Part shown: positions 1 to 13,120 of the stretch, piece by piece
Layout of the letters: every line of letters begins with the position of its first letter
Position numbering within the stretch: the stretch's first letter is position 1
Source: Pelomyxa schiedti
Taxonomy: Eukaryota; Protista; Evosea
Assembly (NCBI GenBank): GCA_020536535.1
Contig: JAHLWZ010000761.1
Coordinates: forward strand, 4,053-68,052
Direction of reading: 5' to 3'
DNA length: 64,000 nt
The notes under the pieces: model-generated
Database searches by the model: none
Told to the model about the DNA's origin: nothing
What the model saw: the letters and a program-made list of their open reading frames with translations, nothing else
Program-made: the position numbers and the translations under genes

Positions 1-510
1 GAGGGTGAGTCTGAAATCAAAAGGAAAAATTTTCTTACCATATCGAATGTTAGGAGGGCTTCTGGAAGCTCCCTTTAGAATAATTAATGATCGTTCATAG
101 TGCAGTGTTGGGTGAGATGATCAGTAGCAACCTCCAAATAAAACAAAATACACACACAAAAAAAAAAACCGTTGTGTGTCATTACCTAAGCCACAGTTTC
201 AACAGCCCAGCAATGGCATGAGGGTCAGAAGGGGCAAAAGCAGCCAAATCAACTTTTTCGCCTTTGTCATAACGAGATTTCAAGTCCAAAACCAAGTTTT
301 GGTGCCCACTTTGCCTAAACAATCCTTCCACCTTGTCCGATGAGCCAAGAAGTGCCACCCCAAAAAAAAAATTGTGCATACAGACAGGAAGTTCTTCCCA
401 GGTGTTTCCAGATACTCCACACAGTCCCTTACGATGGCAGGTATTGCGGTTGTACTTGAACTTAAAGGTCGTCCAAACACGAGGTTGTGGCGTTTCTTGG
501 TAGACGACAT
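1..510 (-). CDS. RhoGAP-domain protein, 5' part (runs off window start; spliced)
   Basis: ATG at 510 gives MSSTKKRHNLVFGRPL...IPAIVRDCVEYLE. The next exon reads EGLFRQSG...LKSRYDKGEKVDL...DPHAIAGLLKLWLR, which carries the RhoGAP arginine-finger and 'D-H-VA-LLK-YLR' motifs. Confidence 0.9.
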
Positions 511-926
511 GCTTCTGAGTATATAGGGTCAGATCTACGCCGCAACACAGACACAAAAGACAACACCCACCTCTTCGTAGATCTCGGGGTGTCACACGCC
601 GAAGATTTTTGTTTGTTTTTGTGCTCATTTTCTCCACTTTTTTTAAATCAGTGTTTTTCCACCCCAATCTGATCGCAACGCCGAAAGATCTTTTGGGGCG
701 AAAGGGCATGCCTAAAAAAGCAAAGTGAAACGAGGCTTGCCCCCACTGTGATTCTTCTTTTCAGGTGAATCAGTCTGGCCTCAGAACTTGCAACAACGAA
801 CATTTGGTCGACAGTAGTTGCCTGCCAGGACCTCTTCCATTCAAATTCCACATTTCCTCCGTAAAAACAAAAAAACAAAAAAAACTTGTGTTGAAGTTGG
901 TAGTTTGGAAGTACAGTCACACCACA

Positions 927-2754
927 ATGTCCTTGGGGTTGCCAATGCCCTCTCCGCGTAGGGCCAGTTCTCCAGCGGCGAGATCTTCTTCGTCGGGCCT
1001 GACAGATCCCGACGCGGATCTGGAGGAAGGACTGCGTGCGCCGTCGGTTGGTGCTACGTCGTTGCCTACATCTACGTTAGGGGCGGCTCAGAAGCCCCCA
1101 GTTTCGCCTGCGGCATCACCAGCGGGGCTGCAGAGTGTTGGGCAAAACGGCGAGGGGGGGCCACGTGATGTGGAGACGGCGTGGACGGGAGCTCCTGGGG
1201 GTGGCATGTGCAGTTCTGTGCTACTGCTCAGGGTGATGTACTGCACGATATTTGGAGCGTTCGGGGTGTATGAGCCGTTTTTGAGCGTTTTCTTGGCGGT
1301 TGCTTTCCAGTTTTGGATGTTGTGACGGGATGGGATGGGAATGGGAATGGGAAGGAGGGTGAGCTTTATGTTTGCTGGCAATTGATTAATTTTTCACTTC
1401 CAGACAGTGAAGGGTTTTGCACTGCCCCAAGTGGGCTTTCTTGTTGCAATTCCGCCCTTGGTAGGGTTCATGTCCAGTACAACATGGACTACATTTGCTG
1501 ATGCTCACTCGTCCCATTTGACATGTCTTTTTGGAGCTGGCATTGCTTCAATATGTTCGTTTCGTTTTCTTCTTTTTATGGGTGCTTACTCACTGCGGTA
1601 GTTTGCATGATTTTACTCTGGCTATCATCTTCCTTCATACAGACAGCACTAATGTTGGCACTCTTCTCCTTTTTCCGGGCACCTCTGACTCCCTTACTTG
1701 ATACGACATCGATGCGAGTATGTTTCTCTCTGAGTATAAACTAGTGGCGTGACGGTGTGCAAGGTTCTGAGGAGTGACACTAAATCTTATGGACGCTTGA
1801 GAATGTTTGGGGGACTTGGATTTGGTTTGTTCGCCTTCGTTGTTGGAAATCTTGGTAGGTTCCCATTTTTCTATCTGAACATAATTACATTGTAGTTGAC
1901 TGGTTCGACTTCCGTTTGATGATTTTTTGTTACATTTTTTGCATGAGTATTTTTGTATACCTCGTGAGGTACCCGAAGCAAATCCCCTGCTTGATGATAC
2001 TCAATGTACCAGCGTCCTCGGAAAAATAGATAAGAGCTTGTACAAGTCGGACAGTAAACTACAAGAGCGCCGCATTGGTAAAAGACCTTCGATACTTTCT
2101 TTGTTGCAGCGCCGGGACGTACTCCTGTTTGTAGTCACAGAATTTTTCCTTGGAATTAGTCACCACACTATAACCAACTTTTTATTTGTATGCCTAACTC
2201 CTCCTATTCCCAGTATCTTATATCTTATTCGCAGTTGTACCTTGCTGGTACTCTGGGAGCTACAAAAACTCTAATGGGAGTAATGATTGCCATGTCAATA
2301 ATGAGTGAAGTCCCCGTATTCTACTTTAGCCCACAGCTTATATCACGTCTGGGCTATGATAAAATGATTATCATTGCCCACGGTGCTGTAATTATACGTT
2401 TGCTCGCCTACACACTGATTGGAACTGCAACTTTGGCCCTGGGCATTCAGGTGAGCTCATTTTCCTTCAATTTCCCTTCCCAGCTTATCTCGAATCAAGC
2501 TCCTGCATGGCCTCACGTTTGCCTGCATGTGGGCGGCTGCCGTCGTGCACGCAAACGCACTGGCTCCTCCAGGGCAAGAGGCCACCTTACAAGGCCTATT
2601 GACGGCTTCATTCACCGGGCTTGGAAGTGCCACTGGCTCGATTCTTGGTGGCATTATTTTCCAGAACCTGGGCCCTATACTTTTATATCGAATGGCTGCA
2701 GCTGTTGTTGTGCTCTCACTGGGACTGTTTGTCTGGGGCAGAAGAAAGAATTGA
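927..2754 (+). CDS. MFS transporter, MFSD6-like (multi-exon)
   Basis: Disordered N-terminus followed by hydrophobic helices. Motifs YGRLRMFGGLGFG, SEVPVFYFSPQLISRLG and APPGQEATLQGLLTASFTGLGSATGSILGG. Stop at 2754. Confidence 0.85.
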
Positions 2755-2854
2755 AGGTTGGTGGGAGGATTGTGAAACAAGAAATATCTTATTTGTGGAT
2801 AAAAAAAGAGGCACCAGAAAAACGAAAACTCCTTTCTTTTTTATTTTCTTTTAG

Positions 2855-5654
2855 CTACCCGTGACCAGTGAGTCGCAACAAATTTAGGGCATCATCACAT
2901 CTGGGGGCATTTCGTTGAGAACGTGGATGTCTCTGTGTATGGTGATTAGACAATGAATGGTGAAGACATGAAATTAGAAGGTATATGGAACCTGTATCGT
3001 CCATTGAGTGCAGATACGGCAGTAGCAAGAGCGTCAACTTCATGCAAGTCATTGAAAACCTGGAAGGTCAGGCGCACGCACAGTGTTGGAACGTCACTGT
3101 TGGTAGTGTGAGTGGTGTTTTGTTAATATGGAAGTAAGGTACTCTATTGGAAGAATGAGGAAGAGAGCAGTGATGTGGTGCTTGAGAATCATGTAAGCAG
3201 TAATTTCATTGGCAACAGTGCTATCCATGTTGGCACCGCCGGGAAGGGGAATGGTCGGCATGCGTCCATAGTGAGCAGAATGTTTCTGATAAGAAGGTGC
3301 GTGGGTCTCTGATTGGTTGTTGGTATTCCCACTCAAGTTGGAGCACACTGTACCTGATGGGAACCAGCGCTCCTTAAGTAACTCCACAGCATCATGAGCC
3401 AGCTGGTTACAATAGTCCCAAACCTTATTCCACCCTCCACAAACTGAAGCAATGAGAACACAGTAATGAGGTCGTAAAAGGAACCTTTCTCAACAAATTG
3501 GAACCCCTGTCCTACGGACAACCAGTTGGAGAAATCTTGTAACCCATAGTAGGCAAATTCCTGTTCATAGCCGTGTCCGTAATTGTATGACACAGTCAAA
3601 GTGGTAAGACCCTGCTGGCAGTGTGGTTGGGCCACCAGGAAGGCAGTCCCAAGAGGGCAATAGCACCATCGATCCAAAGAGCCTAAAAAAATTAAAAATC
3701 TACTTAGTGCAAGAGAAAGAAAGTACCAACAAAGTATTCAGCCATAAGACCATTAACATCCACAGGGAATTGGCCCACAGCTTGGGTACCGTCCAGGCAA
3801 ACTGGAATCTAAGAGTACGGTTTAATGGCATTCCTTTTTTTTGGTCTCTTACTTTGCACTTGTGGAAAGCTGATATTATTTCCTTTGCTGGCATAATATA
3901 GCCTCCCGCTGAAACGTAGGAGAAACTTGCTAGCCGAGGAGCAGGGCCACTAATTCTTTCGGTTAGCATGATATAGGGTTATGGTGAAGATTACTTGGCC
4001 AATAAAGCCTTGAGCTCTGTCTTAAGATAGGTCTTAAAGCCTTTAGTCGAAGTAGGAAGGGGAACATTAAGCTGCAAGTCTTAGTGGCTTTTCTTTCCAG
4101 AAAACATTTGTACCTCAATAAGTTCCACTGGATGATGTGCCTTGACCCAATTATAGATTGCCTTGTTTGGCTCAGTGTCACAGCTGAGATAAACAAGACG
4201 GTCACCCGTCGTCCATGTTATGCTCTTCATAATGGCCGACATTGCAGCATTAGGGTTGAGAATAAACTGGAAGTCATTTGGATCACAGTGAACAAAGGTG
4301 GTCACCTTCAGGCCAAGTAAGAAGAGAAAAGGCATGTTTCAATACATGCCTTGGACACCAGAGGTGCCAATCTAATGGTGAACGTTTTCAAGCGAAACAG
4401 GACTGGGTCAGCATGAATAATGTCCTACCACCAACTTAGTCTGTACTCAGAAATGGAAAAATCATACCTCCCAAGCACGGAGAGCTGTTACTGTAGAAAT
4501 TGGCAAGACACCATAGGAAGCTTAAAAAAACCGCTGTTGACAAAAAAATATGTTGTATCTGACACCTTACCACAGTTGAAGAAGCCGTCTTGTATGTAGA
4601 AGTAAGCTCGCATGGGAGCACCAAATGGCACTGGGGGCATTTGTGTTGCAAAAGGCAATTCAACGGTAGGACAGTCAACAGCTCCACCGGCTGTACCAAA
4701 AACGGCCGTTTTTAGGGAAGCCTAGGGAGAGGTCAACAGAAAGTGGAGTGGTAAAAACAAACCTCTGCCCAAGTAAGAGACCTATTCGAGTGAAGCTGAT
4801 GTGACAACCGCTCTCCTGTGGTGTCAACAACTTCTTTTTGTATCTTTTTAAGGGTCACTGATATGCAGGATACAGGTAATCACTTGCCTTAGTAAGGCCA
4901 TCCATTTGGACCTCCGTATTCAGAATTAATCGCTCCACATTTGGGGCAATGGGAGGAATAGCAGCAGGGTTCCCTCCTAACGCCCTATAAGCGTCCTGAA
5001 GTCGCCTATGGATTTTTAATCATTACATTGAATTTGCAGGACGAAAGGAATACCTTGTTTCATCGCGGAGAGCCATAAGTTGATTCCCTTTTGACGCAGC
5101 CCCTGTTGGAGCAGCAGCACTTGGTGTCCATAGCATTTTCACGTGCAATCGGCCGTGCTTGACTTCCTTCAATGTCAGCCAGAGATCAGAAGCTTCGTTA
5201 TCTGGAAGAGAAGCAAGTTCCACAGTAATGTGACCAAGTGGGTCGTTTGTTCCGACCATATCGTGGTCCTAGTAAAAAATGATAAGGGGGTGACCACATA
5301 ACAAGGAATGGGAAGAAATACCCAAACTCGGAAAATGAAATCCTGAGACTTGTAGTCAACATTGAAGGTAAAGGACTGGTTCCACTACATTTCGAATTAT
5401 ATTCCAGAGGAAAGAAAAGAACGAGAAAAGTGAACCTTGGGGTTAAGTGTCTTTGAAATGATCTTCGTATGTTGTTTTTCCAATTTACCCGAGTCATCAA
5501 CAACAAGTCCGAGAGTTACGTATGGGTCTTTTTTTGTGTTGGTTTTTCGTTAGTTGGTTGTTGGGGATGAAAAAAAAAGAGTACCAGATTTGCCGTTGCT
5601 GTCAGCAGCAATAAGATCGGCGGCCTCGATGACATCGACTTTGAGTGTGCCCAT
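2855..5654 (-). CDS. C2 domain fused to a class-V PLP-dependent aminotransferase-like domain (Egt2/LCD/isopenicillin-N-epimerase-like), catalytic Lys absent
   Basis: ATG at 5654 gives MGTLKVDVIEAADLIAADSNGKS...KTLNPKW...NDPLGHITVEL (C2). Spliced in frame through a linker to PVPFGAPMRAYFY...DPNDFQFILNPNAAMSAIMKS...IPVCLDGTQAVGQFPVDV...FVGSLDRWCYCPLGTAFL...EQEFAYYGLQDFS. Confidence 0.75.
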
Positions 5655-5829
5655 TGCCTCCTCTTGCTTTTTTCCTGTTTTTGTTGCTTTGTGTTTCGTG
5701 TTTTTCTTTTTCGTTTCGTTGGATTTTTGAAAGCTTGTTGATTTCCAGTAAGTAACAACCGTCACCCAACTATGTTCGCCCTAGACCTCCCGCCCACACT
5801 CCATGTTCTAAAAAGTTATAACAGGTTGT

Positions 5830-7942
5830 TTAACGCACAACAATAACGTCAGTGGATATCAGGGCATAATCTTGGTGGGTCACGATAGCCAGAGACCTCA
5901 GTACCATATTGAGCACGTGTGTGGGCAACGGAATCTCGACATTGTCGAGGAGTGTCAACGCGGTACCCAGTGCCACTTTAAGCTCTATCTCAAGAAGGCC
6001 GGGGTCGAACTTCCCGATGCTGCTGTGTGAGGATTGTTAGGGAGACAACCGACCACAAGTTTGAGGATGGGAGAAGCGATTGAAGGATATAAATCAGGTG
6101 CAGAGTAAACTGGAAGTCCGTATGAGACAGACGTATACTGTTGTTGGCTTGAATAAGGTTGAACGATGCAGTCAATAAAGTATCAACGGTAAAGGCCTTT
6201 GCGTATGTCAACTCTTATGTTCTACTTTTTTTTTGTTTACCAATTTTGTACTGTGATCTGCAGAAGTAATGGTTGGGTGAAGTTCCATTAGGAAGAAAGG
6301 TACCAGGGTTGATTACAAGCCAACTCAACTTGAGATGTGCTTCAATGCCAATGACATTATTTTCTGTAAGGTAAACAACAGGAGAACTAGATGGAACTAT
6401 GGCAATTTCCAATGGCATCCCCGGGTATACCCGATACAGCTGCAATACAATGAACTATGAGAGTGAGTGAAACTTCTTTGGTATGTGCACTTCTACTTTA
6501 TACATGTCAGTTAAGAAGAATTTTTCCGCATTTTCTGGAACATCGTAGTACCCGACACCTAGGTTTCGTCATAATTTTCTCCCGTCTTTTTCTGCGTACT
6601 GTAGTTCAACTTTCCACTTTGAGTCAAAGCATCCAGTGCAGAATTAATTACGTATTCGTCTACAAAGAGCTAAAAGTATTAGAGCAGTCTTACCTAAGTT
6701 TTGGATGTTCTTACTTGAACCATGGAATTTGTTTGGCTTTCTGGGAGAACTTTTACAGGGAAGTTCGTTTGCATTTCATGCTGCGGATCGAAAATAGTCC
6801 CATTGATTGCTCCGGTTATGTACCAAGCAGTGGTTCCTGTTTGTGGCATTAACACTGTAACACTGACACATTCCAGTACAAACCAATTGAAAGCACAGAG
6901 GCATCTAAGTAGAAATCATCGAAAAGGTGGATCGTTGTTGGAAGATGGGAAAGGGTTGTATTAAGAGAGATAAGTGCTCCCTCTATTGCTGGTGGAACCA
7001 TTTTGTTTATTGTATTCTCTAGGATCCACGAAAAGACATCAACAAACAACTGGACCATATAAGAGAGACAACAAACATTATGTCAATACCACTGGGAGAG
7101 GAAAGGAAGGGTGTATTGGGTGATGTAAAAAAGGAAAGACCTGAATGAACCACGAAGGACCTCCATGAACTCTGTAAAAGTGTTCGAGTTAAACAGCAGC
7201 CAAACTCTAACCTGATATAAATGTCACCAACATCAAAAGCTATGCGACTCGGAGCAATAGTCAATTGCCCGTTGCCATTCGTGCCCAAAAGAGCAGAAAT
7301 AGTGAGTTCAGACTTGGATATGGATTAATTGTACTATCACCGCATTCAAACATACATTCTCAAGCTCAATAGTAGCGGTGCCCTTCTCACTTAAATGAGG
7401 CCAGGAGCTTCGCCTTTTTGAATCACTCAGTACTTCTCTATTAAAAAACGGAAAACCTAAAACTCCAAGATAAGGAGCCGCTTACTTCAGCACCGTACAA
7501 CGTAAATGTCACTGCTATAAAAAAGAATGTTACTGGCCAGCTAGAGGATTTTCTAGTGTACCACTTCCAGCTGTAAAGGCTATGTTAGTATCACCAAAAG
7601 AAACTGCACTAATGGTGATATCCGTAGCATTTACCTCAACAGTACCGAACAATACACTTATCTACCGTAGTTTAGTGGCTATCGTTCATGACGATAAAGA
7701 GGTACTTTTTCATGAATATCTTCTATTTGCATGTCAAGTATAGCATCCACCAACCGCGGGACCAGTGCATCTTACGGAATGAGATTTGTAGGTCTTTGAG
7801 CACACAAAAAAGTACCATTAAGCAAGTAATCCAGTCCCACCTCAGTGACAGTGAATTGGGCTCCTGCTGGGATACTAGTGCTCACAGAACAGGCTTGTAA
7901 ACAAACCAAGCAGAACAGCAATAACTTAGTGGCAACCACCAT
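5830..7942 (-). CDS. LBP/BPI/CETP (TULIP) lipid-binding protein, secreted
   Basis: Signal peptide MVVATKLLLFCLVCLQACS, then PAGAQFTVTEVGLDYLLN. Internal ILENTINKMVPPAIEGALISLNTTLSHLPTTIHL. C-terminal IPLPTHVLNMVLRSLAIVTHQDYALISTDV. This is the BPI1/BPI2 pattern. Confidence 0.75.
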
Positions 7943-8170
7943 AATTTAAATACACGGATTAAGATCTTTGTCAACTTCATTTCATTACAACACCGTAGTG
8001 CCGTTTGACACTTACCCTTCATTTTTTGACATGTGTCAAATATTCTAAAACTAGAATCCCGGGGATGTCTGTTTTGTTTTGTAGGGTGCCTCCAATGCTG
8101 CATTTCGCCTTTTTAATCACACACACATCACAATCTTGTAACAGCGTACCAAGTTCGTGCTCTTTGGGCC

Positions 8171-10300
8171 ATGCATCCAACTTATGACGAGAAGAGACCA
8201 GGCGCAGGTGGTGTGGAGTTGGACTCACTGTTGCGGAACAAGACTCCTGCGGACAACGGTGCGGAAACGAAAAAGCAAAAGCGGAGGAGGATCATTGTGG
8301 CTGTTATTTCTTCGACTGTTGTTGTTTTGTCAGTGCTCACTGGTGTGGTTTCTTCCAAGCCCAAGGCCAACCTTCCTAACTCCTTTATGCTTTTTCCCCA
8401 TCAAGTCATCCTCATCATTTTGTTCTTCACGATTCCAGGTCACATAGAATAAGTCTCTTTTCTCCCATCAAACACATTTCCAGTGCAACTGACTGAAAGA
8501 ATAAACGTCAGCAATATTGAGGCATCACTAGATACACTGCAATCAATTGCAGAAATATATGGCAATGCTCGTGACGATTTCTCTGGGTATGCTTGCATTT
8601 GAGGGGGCACATTTCAAGTTATTAGTGGGATTTTTACTCAGTTTCACCTCCAACCTATAGGGGCTACATGGCCTCTCTTGAGCACGTTTGGTCACGTTTG
8701 ACGAAATACCAAGATAAACTCGAAATTTGGGAACAAAAATTCTTTTACACATGCTATCAAGTTATTCAGTGTAATGTCACTCTCGTTGAACCAGACTCTC
8801 TGGAATTTGTTTATGGGGAAGATTTCCTTGCAATGACTTGGAGTTCATCTGGGCTCATAGAAAGAGCTAGCATCCACTCAGTTTCCTCATTTGGTTGTGA
8901 AGACATGGATTATCAACGTACTTCCTTTGACTGATAACCCAGCACTCAAAGACCAATTTCAGAAATGTCAAGTGGCTCCATTGCCATTATTCCTTCTGGA
9001 GGAAATTGTTCCTGGAATGAAAAAATTGGATTTGCCTGGAGGTTTCTTCAGCGTTGACTTTCAAAAGCTCAGTTTACTAGACATAATGCGTCAGCAGTAA
9101 TTGGATACAATACGGAAGATCAAAGTGGTCCGCTCCGTGTTACCCTGGATAGCAGTTCGATTTCCGCTATTCCCGCCGTTGGAGTGCCGTACAGTACGGG
9201 CGTTTTGCTGTCTGCCTCCGGACCAACTTCTAAGTTGCACCTTCAGGCACGGTTGCTTCCCTTTGGTCATTCTTAATCGTTGCCAGTTGGACTCGGGCAA
9301 CTATTTGGTGGGAACATCAAACTTGATGGCTCAAACAAAGAGCGTATGGACTCGTTCTGAGTTCATTTGGTCTTAATTAACACAGGGGGATGACCACAAC
9401 ATGATTATAGCTGGTGCCCACTTAGACTCTTATCGAGTTTGACTACTGTTCCCTTCATTTTCTCGAAAACAAACACAACTCCAGAATCCTGGAATCAATG
9501 ATAATGGAAGTGGATCTATGACACTTCTGGAAATTGCAACTGCTGTGGCAGAGTCTCGGTTTGTAATCATCTATGTATCGGTCAGTTTTACATTGACAAG
9601 CACAGGACGATGGCTGGAAAATAAAATATTATTTGCGTGGTGGGCCGCGGAAGAGTTCGGACTGAAAGGCTCATCTGCTTACCTCGATGTAAGAAAATAC
9701 TAGTTTTATAACCATCAAGCGTCAAATAGTCTTTGAATGAAACGCAACGCGATTCCATCGCCTGCAACATAAATCTGGATATGCTTGCCAGCCCGAACTT
9801 TATCATTGGGGTCATGAATGGGTCGACTGCCTTTTCTACATCCGAAGTAAAATGTGGTTCGTCTAAAATAGAGGTACTTTCACATTTACTTTTTCCTTTC
9901 TCAATTGACATTCAGGAATATTATGTGGATTACTTTAAAGCCAACCTCATTCCGTACGAAATAGAGCCCATGCATAATCAGTCTGACTTTGTGCCGTTCA
10001 TTATGGCTGGGATACCTGCCAACGGTGCACAGGCTGGGTTTAGTTGATACCACAAGGTTCCAACCTTAACTGACCCCTACCCCAGCAACCAAAACGGTGG
10101 CCCAAAGGTTGATTTTCGGAGGGATTCCAAATGCTCTCGCCGACACCTGTGTGCATCAGTCCTGTGACACAAAAGACAACATCTCCCCACAGTCCCTCGG
10201 CTACCTTGGTATGTGGACAAACAACCTCAATCAACACCCAGCAAAACTAACAATCTCCTGCAGCACGAGCCAATGCCTATGTGATCCAGCGACTCGCTGA
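8171..10300 (+). CDS. M28 family aminopeptidase, type II membrane-anchored, with PA-like insert
   Basis: N-terminal TM (IIVAVISSTVVVLSVLTGVV). Motifs GAHLDS, NPGINDNGSG, FAWWAAEEFGLKGS, NINLDML, SDFVPF..GIPA and CVHQSCDT. Confidence 0.9.
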
Positions 10301-10524
10301 AAAAAAGAACCTCAAACAATACTTGGCCTGCGACTGACTTTGTTGATTGGGCTGTTGCTTTGTTATTTATTTTCCAAAAAGACAAAGAGACCCAAACTGA
10401 GAGTTTTGTGTTTTCTTTGGGTTTTATTCACAACCACAGTCACAACAACACAACAAGCCGAGGTAACAAAGTCTCCACTCACACTCTCTTCTTGGGGCCA
10501 TAATCAAGAACAGACAAACGCACA

Positions 10525-12774
10525 CTACTGGAAAGAACAAGCCAGTCCTGGTCCAAGGCCGCACATGAGGGCACCCCCATCAGCCTGTTTATTGACTGCT
10601 CCCATGTTTCTGTGGGTTCCATGGGTGCCAAGTGTTCTTCCACTCCCCACAATTTGCATCCAGTGTTTGCTGTAAAGTGTTGGTATGGCAGATAAAAAAA
10701 AAGGGAAGTAAGTGTGAGAGAAAAGGGAATGCACGAAACTGCAAGCGAGAATCTTTGTGGGGTCCACTGCTAAGTCGGATATAGTTTGCGTTGTTTCAAT
10801 CTCTCTCACAGATCGCCATGTCCGCATATCCCACTGGAAGACACGACCAGCACCGTCACTAAACCAATGAATACAAGTGGATTAGAAAGGGGAAAACCTG
10901 CCCAAGACCAAGTCAGGGTAATTTGGACAAAGAGATAACTTTGTTACTGGGTCTCTCAGCTCTACAACAAAAAGAAAGTTAGGTGATGAATATGGTGAGT
11001 GGTGAGTTCTGCAGTATACCAACAACAGGGTGTATCGAGGGGTCTATGATATCTCTGAAATCAATCAACTGTACAATTTATCAATTAAGGGGTGTAAGGG
11101 GTAAACTTGCATACCTGTAATGCATTTCCTGCACAAAGTGTACTTGCTGCTGATAAAGGAAGGAAAGCAGTAGTTGGATGAGGAAGACTAAGAGAACCAA
11201 CTTTGCTTCCAGATTCAATTGACCACAACTAGTTTGTGTTGGAGCGAGGAATAGTTTGATGAAGAAAAAACTTGGTACTCAGAATTCGATAGGTTGGCTT
11301 GAATAGTGTTTCCCTCATAATGAACAAATGTCACTGCATGTTTTTCCGAACACTGGGAGATGTTAAGAAATGGAATCAGGATTAGATTTGACCTTCAGAC
11401 TCCCAGAATATTCTGGAGAACAAGTTCCCCATGGCAAAGAGCATGTGATTCCACCAGTGTTCCAAAGGGAAAGTGTGCCATCATGGTGACCAGAGACCTA
11501 AGACTGTAAACTTCTTTTATGTTAAAAAAGAAGGGCTATGGCCTCATGTACCACAATCGAATTGGCAAAGCATGCTGTGTGTGCTGGGCTGGTATAGCCC
11601 TAAATAATGTTAGGTAGACTAAGTCCATCAAAATTCATGCCTTCAAAACTCTCAACACAGAAAATTGCTCCATGTCAAATAGCCTAATAGAGTTGGAGTG
11701 GATGGAAACAAGTGTAAGTTCCATTGGGTAGTAAGTGAGGCTTTGAGCCTCAAACGGAACAAGCTCAACAACGTTACATCTTGTATAGAGTTGGACAGTC
11801 TCGGAAATAAAGGAGTATTATTGTACCTCCCTCTTCTCCAGTTACACTGGGCAATATTTGCAGAAAGAACAGCTTTCTTCCAACTCATCGAATGTTTTGC
11901 TATCTGTTTTTTTGCTCTCTCTTGATAGAGGGGGGATTGCTGTAGATTGTACATGTCTGTAGTACGGTGTCCATAGCGTTCATTTAGGAGAGCTTAATTA
12001 CACATGTAAAGAGGCTTCCAGACTGCGACATCATTTGAGCATGCAACCCGAAATCGTCTACACACTCGAGAGAAATTTTTGATGTCACTCAGGTTGAGCA
12101 GTAAAAAAATGAAGTGGAAAACCTGCTCGGTTTAAGCCCAAATTAAGATAGGAATGCGTCACACGAGATCTGGAAGGTCCAAAACTGTGTATTCCCCTGG
12201 TCGTGGTTTTGGTCTTGTAGTTAGAGTAGTCATAGACGCTTCCACCGAGACCACTTGCTCGTCATCCACGAGGGCAATTTCCGTCGGACTAGGTAATACC
12301 ATAAAACGTAACACTGAGCCAGAAGCAATGCATTTCCGCAGTTGATTCCCGCCCTTCAAAAGGGAAACATAAGAATAATGAATACGAGAGCTAACACATT
12401 CACATCTCGGATGTTAAAAAAAAAAAAAGATGGGTGCAGTGTCATAGAAATGTACCTTTATTATCTGACTGTTACACAGGATCTTCTGGTGTGTGGGCGT
12501 AACTCCCGAAGCAGCGGAAATGACTTCCCTCAGACGAACCAAGGTAGCAAACCACGTGGGTCCCACACGACACTCGATCATGTAGCTTCATTTTGTTTGA
12601 GCGATGAGATAGGGCGAGTGACATATGTGTTTGGGTTTTTTTTTTTTTTTGAGTTAGGCTAGTGAGATGCCATTTGTTTGTTTAACTGTTAACAGTAACA
12701 TATTATTGGTAGCCATTGTGGGATCGCTACCTTGTTTTCCCGACGCGCACTTCGGCATGAAAGGTGTCCGTCAT
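10525..12774 (-). CDS. Ubiquitin-like + F-box + WD40-repeat protein (start uncertain)
   Basis: Spliced MTDTFHAEVRVGKTSYMIEC...LREVISAASGVTPTHQKILCNSQIIKGGNQLRKCIASGSVLRFMVL (UBL). Then VLDLPDLV...LSDIKNFSRVCRRFRVACSNDVAVWKPL (F-box). Then GHHDGTLSLWN and GAGRVFQWDMRT (WD40). Confidence 0.65.
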
Positions 12775-13120
12775 CGACAGCGCCAACGACTTCGACTTCA
12801 GATTTGCCAAGTTGTGCGGGGGTCCTCTGAAGATCCAACTCGTGGCGGTATTGGTTTCCTCGGCTTTGATTCCTCCTGCGAAATTTGAGAAGAACCCAGC
12901 GGCAGGCTTCCCTCCGAATGATGGGATGACAGCTGAGAGCCCCGTCCCTGTTGGCACCTCAGGCCCCTGTGAACATCCCTTGAACCGGCGGATCCAGATG
13001 CAATGCAGTTGCGCCTCGATTGAAGGAAAACATCAACCAATAAAATCGAAAACACTTTTTTTTTAAAAAAACCCCGCGACATAAACCCCTAACCAAACAC
13101 ACGAGATCTCGTGAGCGAAG

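Noticed and set aside
5005-5055. U12-type intron in the C2 gene (donor GTATTCCTTT)
   Set aside because: It deviates from the strict GTATCCTT consensus and no TCCTTAAC branch point was seen.
12780-13035. Selenocysteine read-through ORF (MFSFNRG...FTGA-TGA-GANR)
   Set aside because: There is no CxxU-type context or recognisable selenoprotein, and no SECIS was identified. The region is better read as the 5' leader/promoter of the UBL-F-box and GCSH pair.
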